DNA of 64,000 bases from Gammaproteobacteria bacterium (GCA_038922795.1 JBCKWI010000003.1:5118-69117), one strand, 5' to 3'; counted from the first letter of the stretch, positions 10,405 to 21,835 are shown. Notes: generated from the letters alone by a model not told the origin. Translations and numbers: made by a program.

Positions 10405-10560
10405 AAACCCTCTCCCCTCGGGAGAGGGCACGATTACAGGATGTAATCGGTAGAGTCGAGCCGGGAGCGGAGACCGAGGGTGAGGGAAAAGCGATCAGGA
10501 TCATGCTGAGGTACAGCTTCCCTCATCCCCTGCCCTTCTCCCGGAGGGAGAAGGGGGTGT
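10405..10560. repeat. Composite REP cluster (family A units interleaved with a family B unit gattacaggatgtaatcggtagagtcgagccgggagcggagaccgag)
   Basis: Direct reading. ccctctcccctcgggagaggg, gggtgaggg and ccctcatcccc...ctcccggagggagaaggggg are present. The predicted ORF 10320-10640 lies wholly in repeats and is spurious. Confidence 0.8.
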
Positions 10561-10677
10561 TAGCCAGGTTTGAAGCCACCGGCTTGCAGCCGGTGGTAGT
10601 TCACTGGTTACGCAAAAAACCCCTGTCACATTTGATATGACAGAGGTGTGAGGAGAAGGTGAAATTTCCGGTCAGGT

Positions 10678-11952
10678 TTATTCAATATCGAAATCCTTTT
10701 TATAACCTTTTTTATTATCCACCAGCAGTTCATCTGTAAAAGGTGTTTTACCGAGACTGATCCTGAAGGATGGTACGGTAATATCTTCACAGTTGGGTTG
10801 TTTTGCTGACGGCATGGCTGCCCTGGCCTTTTCTATCAGGTCCTGATGATACCATTTCAACTCGGCAATAAATTCTTCCCTGATAACGGGTGTTACCGGA
10901 ATCACGTTCATGCCGAATTTCAGCCGTTGTATCAGATTTGGCATGACCGGCTCCAGGTTCAGTTTGTCGTTAACTGAAGTCTCTTTGCCTATGCAATTCA
11001 CCAGGTCATCAACCACATCTATGGCATGTGCCCAGGCTTTGGACTCAACACCTTCCTTGATGTAGATTTTCAAAAGCAGTTTGCTCCAGTGATTAAAAAG
11101 AAAATCCCTGGCAAACTCCGGCATGGTGATATTGCCAAGATGTTGCGTGATCTCGTTTCTGATGATGCGATTGGCAATGATAAAATAATTCTTGTCCTTG
11201 ATAATGCCGGAATTGTGCAGTGTGTGGTTTTGCTGATTTTCGGCTGCGTCTGTCTGCAGGTAAGTGTTAGAGCCCGACCTGGTCTGCGTGCTGATCTTTT
11301 TCTCACTCAGTAATGTATCAATGTCCACATAGGCAGCGGGCAGACTTGAGGTCACATATTTCTCAAACAACTTGAACAGGATGAGTTTTATTTCAATCCC
11401 GGATTCAATATTCTGACACGCCTCCTGAAAAGCGGTGCAGACTGTTTCCGGCCGGACTGGGTTCAGGCGTTTTTCTACTTTCACGCTGCTGAGTAATTCA
11501 CCCATGCGCTGGTCCAGGGTAAACAATGCCTCGTGGCAATCATGCCGGACCTTTCCAACCATAGCATTTAATGCGATGGATTCCTCAATATCAATTTCCT
11601 TGTCAGTGCTTTTTTCCGTTACAGGTCCATCACTGTTTTCATTCGTGCGAATAGAACTGTTAAACAGTTTTGAAAAATTCTCTTTGAAGTCAGCTTCAAT
11701 GGATGTCCTTTTCAGGCGTACTTCGCGCATGGCATTGAAGTAATAATGATGTTCAGACGGGCCGCTTTTCTGCACCAGATCAAACAGGATATCGTCTGCC
11801 ATATTCAGCATGACGGACAATCCATGTGACAGGCGATCTGTCATCAAGTCGTGGCATTCATTCAGTAGTTCCAGTGAACCTGTATTTAATGTATTCATAT
11901 GGGTTTTGTAGCTCACCATTCTGACGATGTTTTCAGAATTCTTATCATTCAT
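10678..11952 (-). CDS. hypothetical protein (AT-rich; N-terminus faintly DUF1631-like)
   Basis: 424-aa ORF with no internal stops and AT-rich codon usage distinct from its neighbours. The family assignment is tentative. Confidence 0.55.
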   Translation of the reverse strand: MNDKNSENIVRMVSYKTHMNTLNTGSLELLNECHDLMTDRLSHGLSVMLNMADDILFDLVQKSGPSEHHYYFNAMREVRLKRTSIEADFKENFSKLFNSSIRTNENSDGPVTEKSTDKEIDIEESIALNAMVGKVRHDCHEALFTLDQRMGELLSSVKVEKRLNPVRPETVCTAFQEACQNIESGIEIKLILFKLFEKYVTSSLPAAYVDIDTLLSEKKISTQTRSGSNTYLQTDAAENQQNHTLHNSGIIKDKNYFIIANRIIRNEITQHLGNITMPEFARDFLFNHWSKLLLKIYIKEGVESKAWAHAIDVVDDLVNCIGKETSVNDKLNLEPVMPNLIQRLKFGMNVIPVTPVIREEFIAELKWYHQDLIEKARAAMPSAKQPNCEDITVPSFRISLGKTPFTDELLVDNKKGYKKDFDIE

Positions 11953-12335
11953 GGCAATGACTTTCCCTCGTTAATAATTATGTCCGCTATTTGCGGGCGT
12001 TGTTTCAGTCTTAGAGCATTAATAGTGGATACATCCACTGTCTTCAAGGGGGAATACTCTTTACTGCTAGGGAAATCACATACGGATTTCAATTATTTGT
12101 GAGTGATATCACAATCGTGTATCAAGATCCGGGCGGTAGATGGTGGGCGGTGTACCAATGCAACATCATCAATGCAGGCAATGGCTACAACTGTCTTTTT
12201 CGTCGTTAAAAGCAGACGTCATAACAGTTATCCGGTATGGCCTGACATTTATAACCTATTGATTAATATTGATTATCAAGACAGGTATAAACCTTGCTTG
12301 ACATTATTCATCCGTGACTAAAGCAAGGAAATACC

Positions 12336-12653
12336 ATGAAAAACACAGCGCTTGAACTTGTCGATATCAAAAACAAGGAAATTGAATTGCAATCACTCGT
12401 GAATGATTGTGGCAAACCTGAACTGGTTCATTGCGTCAGGCTGTTGTCCATGTATGTTGCGCTTTATAAAAAGGCATTTGGTGACCTGCCTCCGGCAAGT
12501 TTTGAAAAAATACTGGCTTCTGATAATGTTGATGCGGACACCGCTAGAATCTTTGAGAATGGCATGCTGGAAGCAATAACCATTCTGGAGATGGTATTGC
12601 AATCACAGGCGCCTGCGCAAAGCTATCAATATGCGGGAGTAACCATCAACTAA
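12336..12653 (+). CDS. hypothetical small protein (105 aa)
   Basis: ORF with a plausible RBS (aggaaatacc ATG). No recognisable domain. Confidence 0.4.
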   Translation: MKNTALELVDIKNKEIELQSLVNDCGKPELVHCVRLLSMYVALYKKAFGDLPPASFEKILASDNVDADTARIFENGMLEAITILEMVLQSQAPAQSYQYAGVTIN

Positions 12654-12669
12654 CGGATTGACAATCCGT

Positions 12670-14181
12670 TCAAACGTTGTTTGACAGATCATTCAGGTTT
12701 TCTTCGGTCCCTTCCAGTCTGGATTTGGCGCCGTCATTGCGCATCTGATCAATATGGTTCAGATAATCCTGGTTGATATCACCCGTGACGTATTTTCCGT
12801 TGAAACAGGACAAATCAAATTCCCTGATGTCCGGATTACCGGCACTGACGGCTTCTATTAATTCATCAAGGTCCTGATAGATTAACCAGTCAGCGCCAAT
12901 CAGTTTCGCAACTTCTTCTTCAGTCCTGTTATGTGCAATCAGTTCGTTGACCGATGGCATGTCTATACCATAGACATTCGGATAACATACCGGGGGGGCC
13001 GCGGAGGCAAAATAAACTTTACTGGCTCCTGCATCTCTTGCCATCTGAATGATCTCGCTTGAAGTATTTCCACGCACAATGGAGTCATCAACGAGAAGGA
13101 CATTCTTGTCCTTGAATTCGAGGCCGATGGCATTCAGTTTCTGCCGTACCGATTTTTTCCGTACTGCCTGGCCGGGCATGATGAAGGTGCGCGGGATATA
13201 ACGGTTCCTGATGAAACCTTCCCGGTATTTCAATCCGAGGTTATAGGCCAGTGGCAATGCTGAAGTGCGTCCAGTATCGGGAATAGGGATAACAACATCG
13301 ATATCATGGTCCGGTCGCAATCTCATTATCTTCTTTGCCAGCGTTTCACCCATGCGCAACCTGGCCTTGTACACCGAAATATTGTCAATAATGGAATCCG
13401 GTCTGGCCAGATAGACATACTCAAAGATGCAGGGTGAATATCTTGGATGCTCGGTGCATTGCCGGGTGAATAACTTGCCATCAGTGGTGATGAATACAGC
13501 CTCGCCTGGCGCAATATCCCTGATCAAACTGAAATCCAGTGCGTCAATGGCGACGCTTTCAGAAGCGATAATATATTCCTTGCCCTTATCCGTATCACGT
13601 TCACCGAAGGCAACGGGCCGTATGCCGTTGGGATCGCGGAAACCGAGTACACCAAAGCCTGTGATCATGGCCACAGCGGCATAACCGCCACGGCAGCGCT
13701 GGTGCAGTTTGCTGACGGCATCAAACACATCATCGACCTCAAGGCGGACCTTGCCGAGACGTTCCAGTTCCCTGGCCAGGACATTCAGCAAAACCTCTGA
13801 ATCGGAATCGGTGTTCAGATGGCGCAGGTCTTCTATGAACAGATCTTGTTTCAATTCCTCACCATTGGTGAGATTGCCATTGTGTGCAAGCGTAATGCCG
13901 TAAGGAGAATTCACATAGAATGGTTGCGCCTCAGCCGAAGATGAGCAACCGGCGGTGGGATAACGCACATGGCCGATACCCATGTTGCCCTTGAGGTTCA
14001 GCATGTGGCGGGTGTGGAAGACATCCCGGACCATACCGTTATCCTTGCGCAGATAGAGCCTGCCCTGATCATAAGTCACCATGCCGGCCGCATCCTGGCC
14101 ACGGTGTTGCAGAACAGTCAAACCATCGTAGATGGCCTGATTGACGTAACTTTTAGCGACTATTCCGATAATCCCGCACAT
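12670..14181 (-). CDS. purF: amidophosphoribosyltransferase
   Basis: It has the N-terminal MCGIIGI nucleophile motif and the PRTase motif ([14 protein letters not shown]). Length is 503 aa. Confidence 0.95.
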   Translation of the reverse strand: MCGIIGIVAKSYVNQAIYDGLTVLQHRGQDAAGMVTYDQGRLYLRKDNGMVRDVFHTRHMLNLKGNMGIGHVRYPTAGCSSSAEAQPFYVNSPYGITLAHNGNLTNGEELKQDLFIEDLRHLNTDSDSEVLLNVLARELERLGKVRLEVDDVFDAVSKLHQRCRGGYAAVAMITGFGVLGFRDPNGIRPVAFGERDTDKGKEYIIASESVAIDALDFSLIRDIAPGEAVFITTDGKLFTRQCTEHPRYSPCIFEYVYLARPDSIIDNISVYKARLRMGETLAKKIMRLRPDHDIDVVIPIPDTGRTSALPLAYNLGLKYREGFIRNRYIPRTFIMPGQAVRKKSVRQKLNAIGLEFKDKNVLLVDDSIVRGNTSSEIIQMARDAGASKVYFASAAPPVCYPNVYGIDMPSVNELIAHNRTEEEVAKLIGADWLIYQDLDELIEAVSAGNPDIREFDLSCFNGKYVTGDINQDYLNHIDQMRNDGAKSRLEGTEENLNDLSNNV

Positions 14182-14191
14182 CGCATTTTAC

Positions 14192-14734
14192 CTATGCATC
14201 AGTCTCTGGTCCAGGTTGATAGTCTTCCAGTACAGGCTCTATCTTTTCATAACTGTGATATTTTGCCATCGATTCCGGCAGATACTGCTGTGCCCAGACG
14301 GAAACCCGCTCAAACGGTTTCAGGAGTAATGATTTTCCCCATCCTTCTTCCGTGGGGACCGCCGTAAACCCCGCCAGGAATACCACGACCAGGACAATCA
14401 TCGCACCCAGACCCGTACCGAATAAAAGACCGAGGATACGATCAGTTGCGGTTAGCCCGGTCCTGCCCAGTAATTTTACAACCAGAAAACCGATACCCGT
14501 CAGGATCACCAGGCTGATAATAAATATTCCTGCAAAGGCAATGATAAGCCTGAGTATAGGTGTTTCTATCGAGGCTTCCAGCATGGGAGAGAACCATGGG
14601 GTAAATTTGGCCGCAATACCCAGTGCCAGTGCCCAGGCCAGCAGGGAAAAAACGATGTTCAGAAATCCATAGATCACACCGGCCAGGGCCGGTATTGCAA
14701 TGACAACCAGTATGATTATATCGGCTGTTTGCAT
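14192..14734 (-). CDS. cvpA: colicin V production protein CvpA (membrane)
   Basis: Multi-TM small protein immediately upstream of purF, the conserved cvpA-purF arrangement. Confidence 0.8.
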   Translation of the reverse strand: MQTADIIILVVIAIPALAGVIYGFLNIVFSLLAWALALGIAAKFTPWFSPMLEASIETPILRLIIAFAGIFIISLVILTGIGFLVVKLLGRTGLTATDRILGLLFGTGLGAMIVLVVVFLAGFTAVPTEEGWGKSLLLKPFERVSVWAQQYLPESMAKYHSYEKIEPVLEDYQPGPETDA

Positions 14735-14763
14735 GTCTTAATCATCAGTGAGCAAAGATTGAT

Positions 14764-15396
14764 TCAGGGATACTGAACAATGATGCCTTCAATCTGCATG
14801 TTGTTCTTCAGCTTTTCCTTGATTGCCTGTGCATCAGAACGTCTCAGTTCGGGGCCAACACGCACACGATATGAGGTAGTCTTATTCTGCTTGAGTGGTT
14901 CCACAAAAGATCGGAAACCTGCCTGTTTAAGCTTCTGATTGAGTTCCTGGGCATTTTTTTCACTGGAAAAACTGCCCAGTTGCACTACCCATGCGGGCAT
15001 ACCCACGTTGGTTGCAGGCTCATCACTTTTGCTGACTGCCGCGGCGGATTTTTGTCCGGTGGTTTGTGCAGGTTGTGGCGCCGTCGTTTCTTTTTTTGCA
15101 GCTGGCGGGACAGCCTCTTCTGTTTTCTGAATGACTGGTTCAGGTTCTTCTGCTTCTTCAACGGCAGGTCCTTCCTGCACCGGTATGATGCGCGAACTGA
15201 AATGACTGTCTGCCGGGATTATGCGTTCATCTGCCGAAGGTGGTAAGGGCATGTTCTCCGGTTTGGGCGGGATATTGGTTTCAGTGATCACAATTTCCTG
15301 ATCTTCAGTATCATCCAGCAGCATGGGGATGAAGATCACCGCAAGTACAACAATGACTGCTGCGCCAACCAGACGTTCTTTCAGACCTTGTTCCAT
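14764..15396 (-). CDS. dedD: SPOR-domain cell-division protein (DedD-like)
   Basis: N-terminal TM anchor, Pro/Ala/Glu-rich linker and C-terminal SPOR domain (WVVQLGSFSSEKNAQEL...YRVRVGP). Conserved position between folC and cvpA. Confidence 0.8.
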   Translation of the reverse strand: MEQGLKERLVGAAVIVVLAVIFIPMLLDDTEDQEIVITETNIPPKPENMPLPPSADERIIPADSHFSSRIIPVQEGPAVEEAEEPEPVIQKTEEAVPPAAKKETTAPQPAQTTGQKSAAAVSKSDEPATNVGMPAWVVQLGSFSSEKNAQELNQKLKQAGFRSFVEPLKQNKTTSYRVRVGPELRRSDAQAIKEKLKNNMQIEGIIVQYP

Positions 15397-15402
15397 TCGT
15401 GA

Positions 15403-16716
15403 TTAATGTTGTAACTTGAGATGTATGATGGCCGCCCCTACTGTGAGGAACGAACCGGTAATTACTATGCGATCCTGCGGTGCTACAATTTCGCGGACAC
15501 TGTTCAGGGCATCAGCGACTGAATTGTAACAGCTTATATTCTGGTTTAAACCCATTCCTGCCAGTACTTCACTCAGCATATGACAATCAGCACCTCGCGG
15601 ATTTTCCAGGGTGACAATATGCCAGAAATCCGCAACCTCGGACATCTCCCGGAAAATGGCATGATGATCCTTGTCTTTCAGCATGCCGATCAATACATGC
15701 GACTTGCCCTGCAGCGGTAACGCCTTCAGGTTCCGCACCAGAAGTGCAGCGGACTGGCAGTTATGCGCCACATCCAGTATCAACTGCGCCTTGTCCGGGA
15801 CAATCTGGAAGCGCCCGGCCAGGTTGAACTCCTGCAACCCTTTCCGGATGGCTTGAATGTCCACGGGAAAGCGGTCCGATAATACTGTTAATGCCATCAA
15901 CACACCAGCAGCATTCGCCATCTGCGTCGGGTTATACAACGAGGGCCGCGGCAAGTCAGTATAACTTACGGAACCCCACTGCCATTGCCAGGTATCGCTG
16001 ATGACCTTATGCCGGTAATCCCGGCCTGGTATATACAGTATTGTTCCCAGTTGACCGGCATGATCAAATATTGCAGCCGGGGGATTCGGGTCAGAACAAA
16101 CTGCAGGCGCATGACTGCGCATGATACCCGCCTTTTCCCTGCCGATGGATTCGCGGTCCGGTCCCAGCCAGTTTTGATGGTCAAGATCGATTGCGGTGAT
16201 CAATGCCACATCCGCATCTACACAATTAACAGCATCCAGGCGTCCGCCCAACCCGACTTCCAGTACGGCGATACCAATCCCTGCATGCTTGAAGATATCC
16301 AGTGCAGCCAGTGTGCCAAATTCGAAATACGTCAGTGAGATATCACCACGGGCACGGTCGATCCGGTCAAAAGACGCGCACAGCATCTCATCTGTCACCT
16401 CTACACCATTCAGACAGATGCGTTCGTTATAACGGATAAGGTGCGGTGAAGTATAACTCCCCGTGTTATAACCCGCATTGGTCAGTATGCCTTTCAACAT
16501 ATTGACGCTTGATCCCTTGCCGTTGGTACCGGCGACACTGATAACAGTATAATCCGGTTGCAGCAATCCCATCCTTTCCGCAACGGCCATGCATCGATCC
16601 AGTCCGAGGTCAATCGATGTGAAATGCAGGCCCTCCTGCCAAGTGAGCCACTCCTGCAAGGTATTAAAACGCATGGTTCCAACGGCGGGGATAATATTTG
16701 GTTTACTGGCTTGCAT
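15403..16716 (-). CDS. folC: bifunctional folylpolyglutamate synthase / dihydrofolate synthase
   Basis: Mur-ligase-family motifs (VAGTNGKGS P-loop; DVAHNCQSA). 437 aa. Confidence 0.9.
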   Translation of the reverse strand: MQASKPNIIPAVGTMRFNTLQEWLTWQEGLHFTSIDLGLDRCMAVAERMGLLQPDYTVISVAGTNGKGSSVNMLKGILTNAGYNTGSYTSPHLIRYNERICLNGVEVTDEMLCASFDRIDRARGDISLTYFEFGTLAALDIFKHAGIGIAVLEVGLGGRLDAVNCVDADVALITAIDLDHQNWLGPDRESIGREKAGIMRSHAPAVCSDPNPPAAIFDHAGQLGTILYIPGRDYRHKVISDTWQWQWGSVSYTDLPRPSLYNPTQMANAAGVLMALTVLSDRFPVDIQAIRKGLQEFNLAGRFQIVPDKAQLILDVAHNCQSAALLVRNLKALPLQGKSHVLIGMLKDKDHHAIFREMSEVADFWHIVTLENPRGADCHMLSEVLAGMGLNQNISCYNSVADALNSVREIVAPQDRIVITGSFLTVGAAIIHLKLQH

Positions 16717-16725
16717 GTTTGCAGT

Positions 16726-17598
16726 TTATTGTGCGGTAACAGGTTCGGGACGGTGTGTCAGTTTGGCCAGCAAGGAAGCGACTCGATCGCGCATTTCGCG
16801 CCGGTCTACAATCATATCAATAACACCATGTTCCAGCAGGAATTCACTGCGCTGAAACCCTTCAGGCAAGGTTTCCCTGACTGTCTGTTCAATCACACGC
16901 GGTCCGGCAAAACCTATCAGGGCGCCTGGTTCAGCAAGATTGATATCACCCAGAGTAGCCAGGCTCGCCGAGACACCGCCCATGGTCGGGTCAGTCATGA
17001 CGGATATATAAGGTATATTCTTTTCACTCAATAACCCCAGTGCCGCACTGGTCTTGGCCATCTGCATCAGTGACAGGATAGCTTCCTGCATCCTGGCGCC
17101 ACCACTCGCGGAAAAACACACCAGCGGAATATGATGCTCAATGGCAGCTTCAACTGCGCGGACAAAGCGTTCACCAACCACGGAACCCATGGATCCGCCC
17201 ATGAATTCAAATTCAAAGGCACAGACCACCAGCGGGATGTCCTTCAACTGCCCCATCATGACGATCAATGCATCCTGTTCGCCTGTTTGTTTCTGGGCCT
17301 GACTCAACCGGTCTTTGTATTTTTTGGTGTCACGGAATTTCAACTTGTCTACCGGTGTGATCCCGGCGCCTATCTCAACGCGTGGTTCCGGATCAAGAAA
17401 ATATTCCAGCCTGGCACGCGCCCGTATACGCATGTGATACGAACATTTTGGACAGACTTCCAGATTACGGTTGAGTTCTGCCCGGTACAATACGGCATTA
17501 CATTTAACACATTTGCTCCACACACCCTCAGGCACCGTCCTCTTCGAGGTAGTGGTCGTCTTAATGCGGGATGGAATAAGCTTTCTGAACCAACTCAT
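16726..17598 (-). CDS. accD: acetyl-CoA carboxylase carboxyltransferase beta subunit
   Basis: N-terminal Zn-ribbon ([26 protein letters not shown]) and carboxyltransferase domain ([11 protein letters not shown]). Confidence 0.95.
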   Translation of the reverse strand: MSWFRKLIPSRIKTTTTSKRTVPEGVWSKCVKCNAVLYRAELNRNLEVCPKCSYHMRIRARARLEYFLDPEPRVEIGAGITPVDKLKFRDTKKYKDRLSQAQKQTGEQDALIVMMGQLKDIPLVVCAFEFEFMGGSMGSVVGERFVRAVEAAIEHHIPLVCFSASGGARMQEAILSLMQMAKTSAALGLLSEKNIPYISVMTDPTMGGVSASLATLGDINLAEPGALIGFAGPRVIEQTVRETLPEGFQRSEFLLEHGVIDMIVDRREMRDRVASLLAKLTHRPEPVTAQ

Positions 17599-17628
17599 AG
17601 TATCAATTCCGTCAAGTTTTCCGGATGA

Positions 17629-18435
17629 TCAGGGTGCATCGATCGCCGTACGTAATTCAGTAAGATAAGCAGTGACATCCTGAATCAGTTTTTCCTTGTG
17701 TTCACCCAACTGCGCGATACGCTCCACCAGGGCGCTGCCCACAATGACTGCGTCACTGAAACCGGCCACTGCCTTTGCAGTTGCTGCATCCTTGATCCCG
17801 AAACCTACACCAACCGGGAGGCCCGTTTTACTCCGTATATGTGCGATCTTTTCGGCAACATCATCAACATTCAAACGGTTGCTGCCGGTAACTCCCTTGA
17901 GCGAGACATAATACAGGAAACCACTCGCTTTGGAGCAGATCAGTGCCAGCCGTTCATCACTGGTAGTCGGTGATAACAGAAAAACCTGATTGAGATCATA
18001 ACGATTCAGTTCTGATTGCAATTCATCTGACTCTTCGGGTGGCAGATCAACCAACAGCACCCCGTCTACACCGGCCTCACTTGCCCGTTTGGCAAACACC
18101 TGATAACCCATCACCTCTATCGGATTGAGATAACCCATCAGGATGACCGGTGTTTTTTGATTTTCCTTGCGAAAGCCTGCAACGATACGCAGTACATCAT
18201 TCAGACTGGTAGCATGTTTCAAGGCACGTTCGCTGGATCGTTGAATAACCGGACCATCCGCCATCGGATCAGAAAACGGGACACCCAGCTCTATGATGTC
18301 CGCGCCACCCCTGACCAGGGCTTGCATCAATGGCAGGGTCACTTCCAGATCCGGATCACCGGCGGTGATAAAAGGAACCAGTGCCTTGCCACCGCACTTG
18401 TGCAGATTGTCAAAACAATCTTTTATTCGACCCAT
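17629..18435 (-). CDS. trpA: tryptophan synthase alpha subunit
   Basis: 268 aa. TrpA motifs (ELGVPFSDPMADGP; GFGI). Confidence 0.95.
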   Translation of the reverse strand: MGRIKDCFDNLHKCGGKALVPFITAGDPDLEVTLPLMQALVRGGADIIELGVPFSDPMADGPVIQRSSERALKHATSLNDVLRIVAGFRKENQKTPVILMGYLNPIEVMGYQVFAKRASEAGVDGVLLVDLPPEESDELQSELNRYDLNQVFLLSPTTSDERLALICSKASGFLYYVSLKGVTGSNRLNVDDVAEKIAHIRSKTGLPVGVGFGIKDAATAKAVAGFSDAVIVGSALVERIAQLGEHKEKLIQDVTAYLTELRTAIDAP

Positions 18436-18569
18436 AATGTTTTGCCTGTCGTTCCAACGATAAAGAAGATATTAAAAGGAATACCAGAGATCAGATAACC
18501 AGATGATTACTTGAGATTAATACTAAGGAACCTCTGATTAAGTGTCTTTGCCGTCATGCTGGTGAAAAC

Positions 18570-18898
18570 GACCTACACGAAGTAGGAAATGCCGCAAGAC
18601 GCCTATAGGGATATAGGCGGTAGAGCAACGCACGACTCCAGGGATGGATGAGGTAGAATCGCGTCGGGAACAGCGATCGAGGAGCCAAAGCCGAGGACAC
18701 GACGACATGGATGTAGGAGGTACGATTACAGGGAAGTAATCGGTAGAGTCGAGCCGGGAGCGGAGACCGAGAGTAACGTCGGGAACAGTTACCGAGGAAG
18801 TCCATAGCGGCCAGCATCCAGTAAATAATTGTTTTGACTGGGTTCTGGCCTGCGCCAGAATGACAGCTTGTAGCCACTGGTGACTTGATCAGAACATC
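18570..18898. repeat. Mosaic cluster of short palindromic units (family B) ending in the family C terminal module agaatgacag...cttgatcagaac, lying inside the trpB-trpA intercistronic space
   Basis: Direct reading. The same units (gtagagtcgagccgggagcggagaccgag; catggatgtaggaggtacgattacagggaagtaatcgg) are seen at 10430, 28130, 55610 and 56830. Confidence 0.8.
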
Positions 18899-18909
18899 CC
18901 TAAGTTTTC

Positions 18910-19107
18910 TCATGATGGCGGTATTTGCCTGAGTTTCAGTTCAAGCAATTCAATCGCCATATCGGGTATTTCTTCATGATTTTTTGATTCATTCGATGTC
19001 AGCCAGTGGTCTACCATTTCGCGTTTGACACTGACCAGTTCGGCGACCTGTCTGCGATCCAGTTTATAGTCTGCTATCAGTTCTATTAATCTTTCCCGGT
19101 TATTCAT
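18910..19107 (-). CDS. small putative HTH protein (65 aa) between trpB and trpA
   Basis: The ORF begins 7 nt after the trpB stop on the same strand. A helix-turn-helix-like segment (RQVAELVSVKREMVDHWL) is present. It could be a repeat-associated artefact. Confidence 0.35.
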   Translation of the reverse strand: MNNRERLIELIADYKLDRRQVAELVSVKREMVDHWLTSNESKNHEEIPDMAIELLELKLRQIPPS

Positions 19108-19116
19108 GTTAATACC

Positions 19117-20358
19117 TCACAAATTGATACCTTCACGGGTCGCAACGGTCTGTATGTCCTTGTCACCACGCCCGGATAGATTGACAACAATAATCTCGTC
19201 TCTGGACATTTGCGGCGCAAGTTTTTCCGTATAGGCCAGGGCATGACTGGATTCCAGCGCCGGCATGATCCCTTCGGTGCGGGTCAGGTTATGAAATGCG
19301 GCCAGCGCTTCATCATCATTTATCGCTACATATCGGGCGCGGCCGGTGTCCTTCAGCCAGGCATGTTCCGGGCCCACACCGGGATAATCCAGCCCTGCGG
19401 ATATTGAATGTGTCTCTATGATCTGACCATTTTTATCTTCCATCAGGTAAGTCCGGTTACCATGTAATACCCCCGGACTCCCTGCACTCAGTGGTGCGGC
19501 ATGACGGCCGGTTTCTATGCCGTCACCACCGGCCTCAACTCCGTACATCTGGACATTTTTATCATTTAAAAATGGATAAAATAATCCGATGGCATTGGAA
19601 CCGCCGCCCACACAGGCCACCAGCGCATCGGGCAGGCGGCCAGTCATATCAAAACATTGCTGTCTGGCCTCACGGCCGATAATCGCCTGGAAATCACGCA
19701 CCATCGCCGGGTAGGGATGTGGACCGGCAACGGTACCGATAATATAAAATGTATCATCGACATTCGTGACCCAGTCACGCATGGCTTCATTCAAGGCATC
19801 TTTCAGGGTTTTCGATCCGGCCTCGACTGCAACCACTCTTGCGCCCAGCAGTTTCATCCTGAACACATTGACGGATTGCCGTTTGATGTCTTTTGAACCC
19901 ATGTATACAACACATTCGAGTCCCAGTTTGGCTGCAACAGTGGCACTGGCGACACCATGCTGGCCAGCGCCAGTCTCCGCGATGATCCGGGTTTTGCCCA
20001 TACGGTGTGCCAGCAGTGCCTGACCAACAGTATTGTTGATCTTGTGCGCACCGGTATGATTAAGGTCCTCACGTTTAAGATAGATCTGCGCGCCACCCAG
20101 TCTTTTCGACCAGCGTTGCGCATGATAAAGAGGTGAAGGCCGGCCGACGTAGTGTTTTAATTCACTGTCAAGCTCGGCAAGAAATTCCGGATCCTTGAGG
20201 TAACGTTCATAAGCACAGGTCAATTCATCGAGAGGGCCCATTAATGTCTCTGCGACAAATCTTCCACCATAGGGTCCAAAATGGCCCCTGGCATCAGGCA
20301 GTCTGATTTCTTCATTTGCCGTGACTGCCACGGCTTTAACCGGACCGGATTTTTGCAT
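19117..20358 (-). CDS. trpB: tryptophan synthase beta subunit
   Basis: PLP lysine motif (HTGAHKINN) and GGGSNA. 413 aa. Confidence 0.95.
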   Translation of the reverse strand: MQKSGPVKAVAVTANEEIRLPDARGHFGPYGGRFVAETLMGPLDELTCAYERYLKDPEFLAELDSELKHYVGRPSPLYHAQRWSKRLGGAQIYLKREDLNHTGAHKINNTVGQALLAHRMGKTRIIAETGAGQHGVASATVAAKLGLECVVYMGSKDIKRQSVNVFRMKLLGARVVAVEAGSKTLKDALNEAMRDWVTNVDDTFYIIGTVAGPHPYPAMVRDFQAIIGREARQQCFDMTGRLPDALVACVGGGSNAIGLFYPFLNDKNVQMYGVEAGGDGIETGRHAAPLSAGSPGVLHGNRTYLMEDKNGQIIETHSISAGLDYPGVGPEHAWLKDTGRARYVAINDDEALAAFHNLTRTEGIMPALESSHALAYTEKLAPQMSRDEIIVVNLSGRGDKDIQTVATREGINL

Positions 20359-20998
20359 TTCTGACCTCTCGAATAAATTCTGCGATTTTCCCTGCGTCCT
20401 TGATACCTTTGGCTGATTCTACACCACCGCTGACATCCACCGCATACGGTTTGGTCTGCTCAATTGCGGCAGCAACATTTGCCGGAGTAAGACCACCTGC
20501 CAGGATCAACGGTTTGCCGGGATGTGCCGGTATCCTGGACCAGTCAAACGCCTGGCCGGTCCCGCCGTGCAGACCTTCAACATAGGTATCCAGTAATAAT
20601 GCAGAGGCATCAGCGTAACGGATTGCGGCAGCTTTCAGATTCACATTATCCTGCATTCTGACTGCCTTGATAAATGGTTTTGAGTAACGCGAGCATAGCT
20701 CCGGTTCCTCATCGCCATGGAACTGGAGGGCATCCAGGTCAACCGCTTCCAGTACCCTGGTGATTTCATCAGGTGCTGCATTAACGAATAAACCCACCTT
20801 GCATACAAACGGGGGTAAAACATCAACAATTGCACAAGCTGCCTGGGTAGTGACAGCCCGCGGGCTGGCCGGATAAAAAACCAGACCGATGGCATCAACC
20901 CCCAGATATGCGGCTGCCAGGGCATCCCGCGGACGGGTAATGCCGCAGATCTTTACCCTTACCCTTGCATATTCAGGACTTTCAGATAACTTCTTCAC
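20336..20998 (-). CDS. trpF: N-(5'-phosphoribosyl)anthranilate isomerase
   Basis: TrpF TIM-barrel motifs (VKICGIT; GLVF). Overlaps the trpB start by 23 nt. Confidence 0.9.
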   Translation of the reverse strand: MKKLSESPEYARVRVKICGITRPRDALAAAYLGVDAIGLVFYPASPRAVTTQAACAIVDVLPPFVCKVGLFVNAAPDEITRVLEAVDLDALQFHGDEEPELCSRYSKPFIKAVRMQDNVNLKAAAIRYADASALLLDTYVEGLHGGTGQAFDWSRIPAHPGKPLILAGGLTPANVAAAIEQTKPYAVDVSGGVESAKGIKDAGKIAEFIREVRNAKIRSG

Positions 20999-21046
20999 CG
21001 GATAAACCTGTTTAATTAAAAAATAATTTTACCAGATTTGATGGTA

Positions 21047-21835
21047 TTACCGTGTAACCACCAGAGGGTTAAATTCCGCCAGAACAGGAATATTGAATTT
21101 TTCCGGATAAGTGACATTCATAAGATATAAACCGTCCGGTGCTGCTGTGACACCCCCCAGCGTCCTGTCCCTGGCCGCCAATACCTGCTGCGACCATTCA
21201 ACGGGCGCCTTGCCCGTTCCGATTTCCATCAAAACGCCCGCAATATTCCTGACCATATGATGCAGAAAGGCATTGGCCTCTATATTAATAACCACAGTGT
21301 CGCCCTGTCTGTTCACATCCAGTTGCCGCACTCTGCGCACTGGACTGTTGGACTGGCAATCAACCGCACGGTATGAGGTGAAATCATGTTCCCCGATAAG
21401 ACAATCCGCGGCCTGCTGCATTCTGTGTTCATCCAGCGATCGGCACTCCCAGGTCACTCTGTGATTGTATATGCCCGGCCGCGCAGACCGGTTCAGAATA
21501 ATATAACGATAGCTGCGGCCCGTAGCCGAGAAGCGGGCATGAAAATCATCAGCGGCAGGTTGCACCCACAGGATGCTGATATCCTGCGGAAGGTTCACAT
21601 TACCTCCTAACACCCAGGAACGCATTTCACGCACGGCATCCGTTTCAAAATGTATAACCTGATGCAGCGCATGTACCCCGGTGTCCGTGCGTCCGGCGCA
21701 TTGGACTATTACTGTCTGATCCGCAACCCTGGACAATGCCTCTTCAACATGTTGTTGAATTGATCTGGCATGTTTCTGCCGTTGCCAGCCTGAATATTGT
21801 GTACCGGAGTATTCCAGACCCAGGACAATTTTCAT
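21047..21835 (-). CDS. truA: tRNA pseudouridine(38-40) synthase
   Basis: Catalytic Asp motif (GRTDTGVHA). 262 aa. Conserved position next to fimV and trpF. Confidence 0.92.
   Translation of the reverse strand: MKIVLGLEYSGTQYSGWQRQKHARSIQQHVEEALSRVADQTVIVQCAGRTDTGVHALHQVIHFETDAVREMRSWVLGGNVNLPQDISILWVQPAADDFHARFSATGRSYRYIILNRSARPGIYNHRVTWECRSLDEHRMQQAADCLIGEHDFTSYRAVDCQSNSPVRRVRQLDVNRQGDTVVINIEANAFLHHMVRNIAGVLMEIGTGKAPVEWSQQVLAARDRTLGGVTAAPDGLYLMNVTYPEKFNIPVLAEFNPLVVTR

Noticed and set aside
10320-10640. 106-aa ORF predicted inside the repeat cluster
   Set aside because: It lies entirely within REP units (translation dominated by repeat-encoded PLPS/REGE strings). No start context. Spurious.
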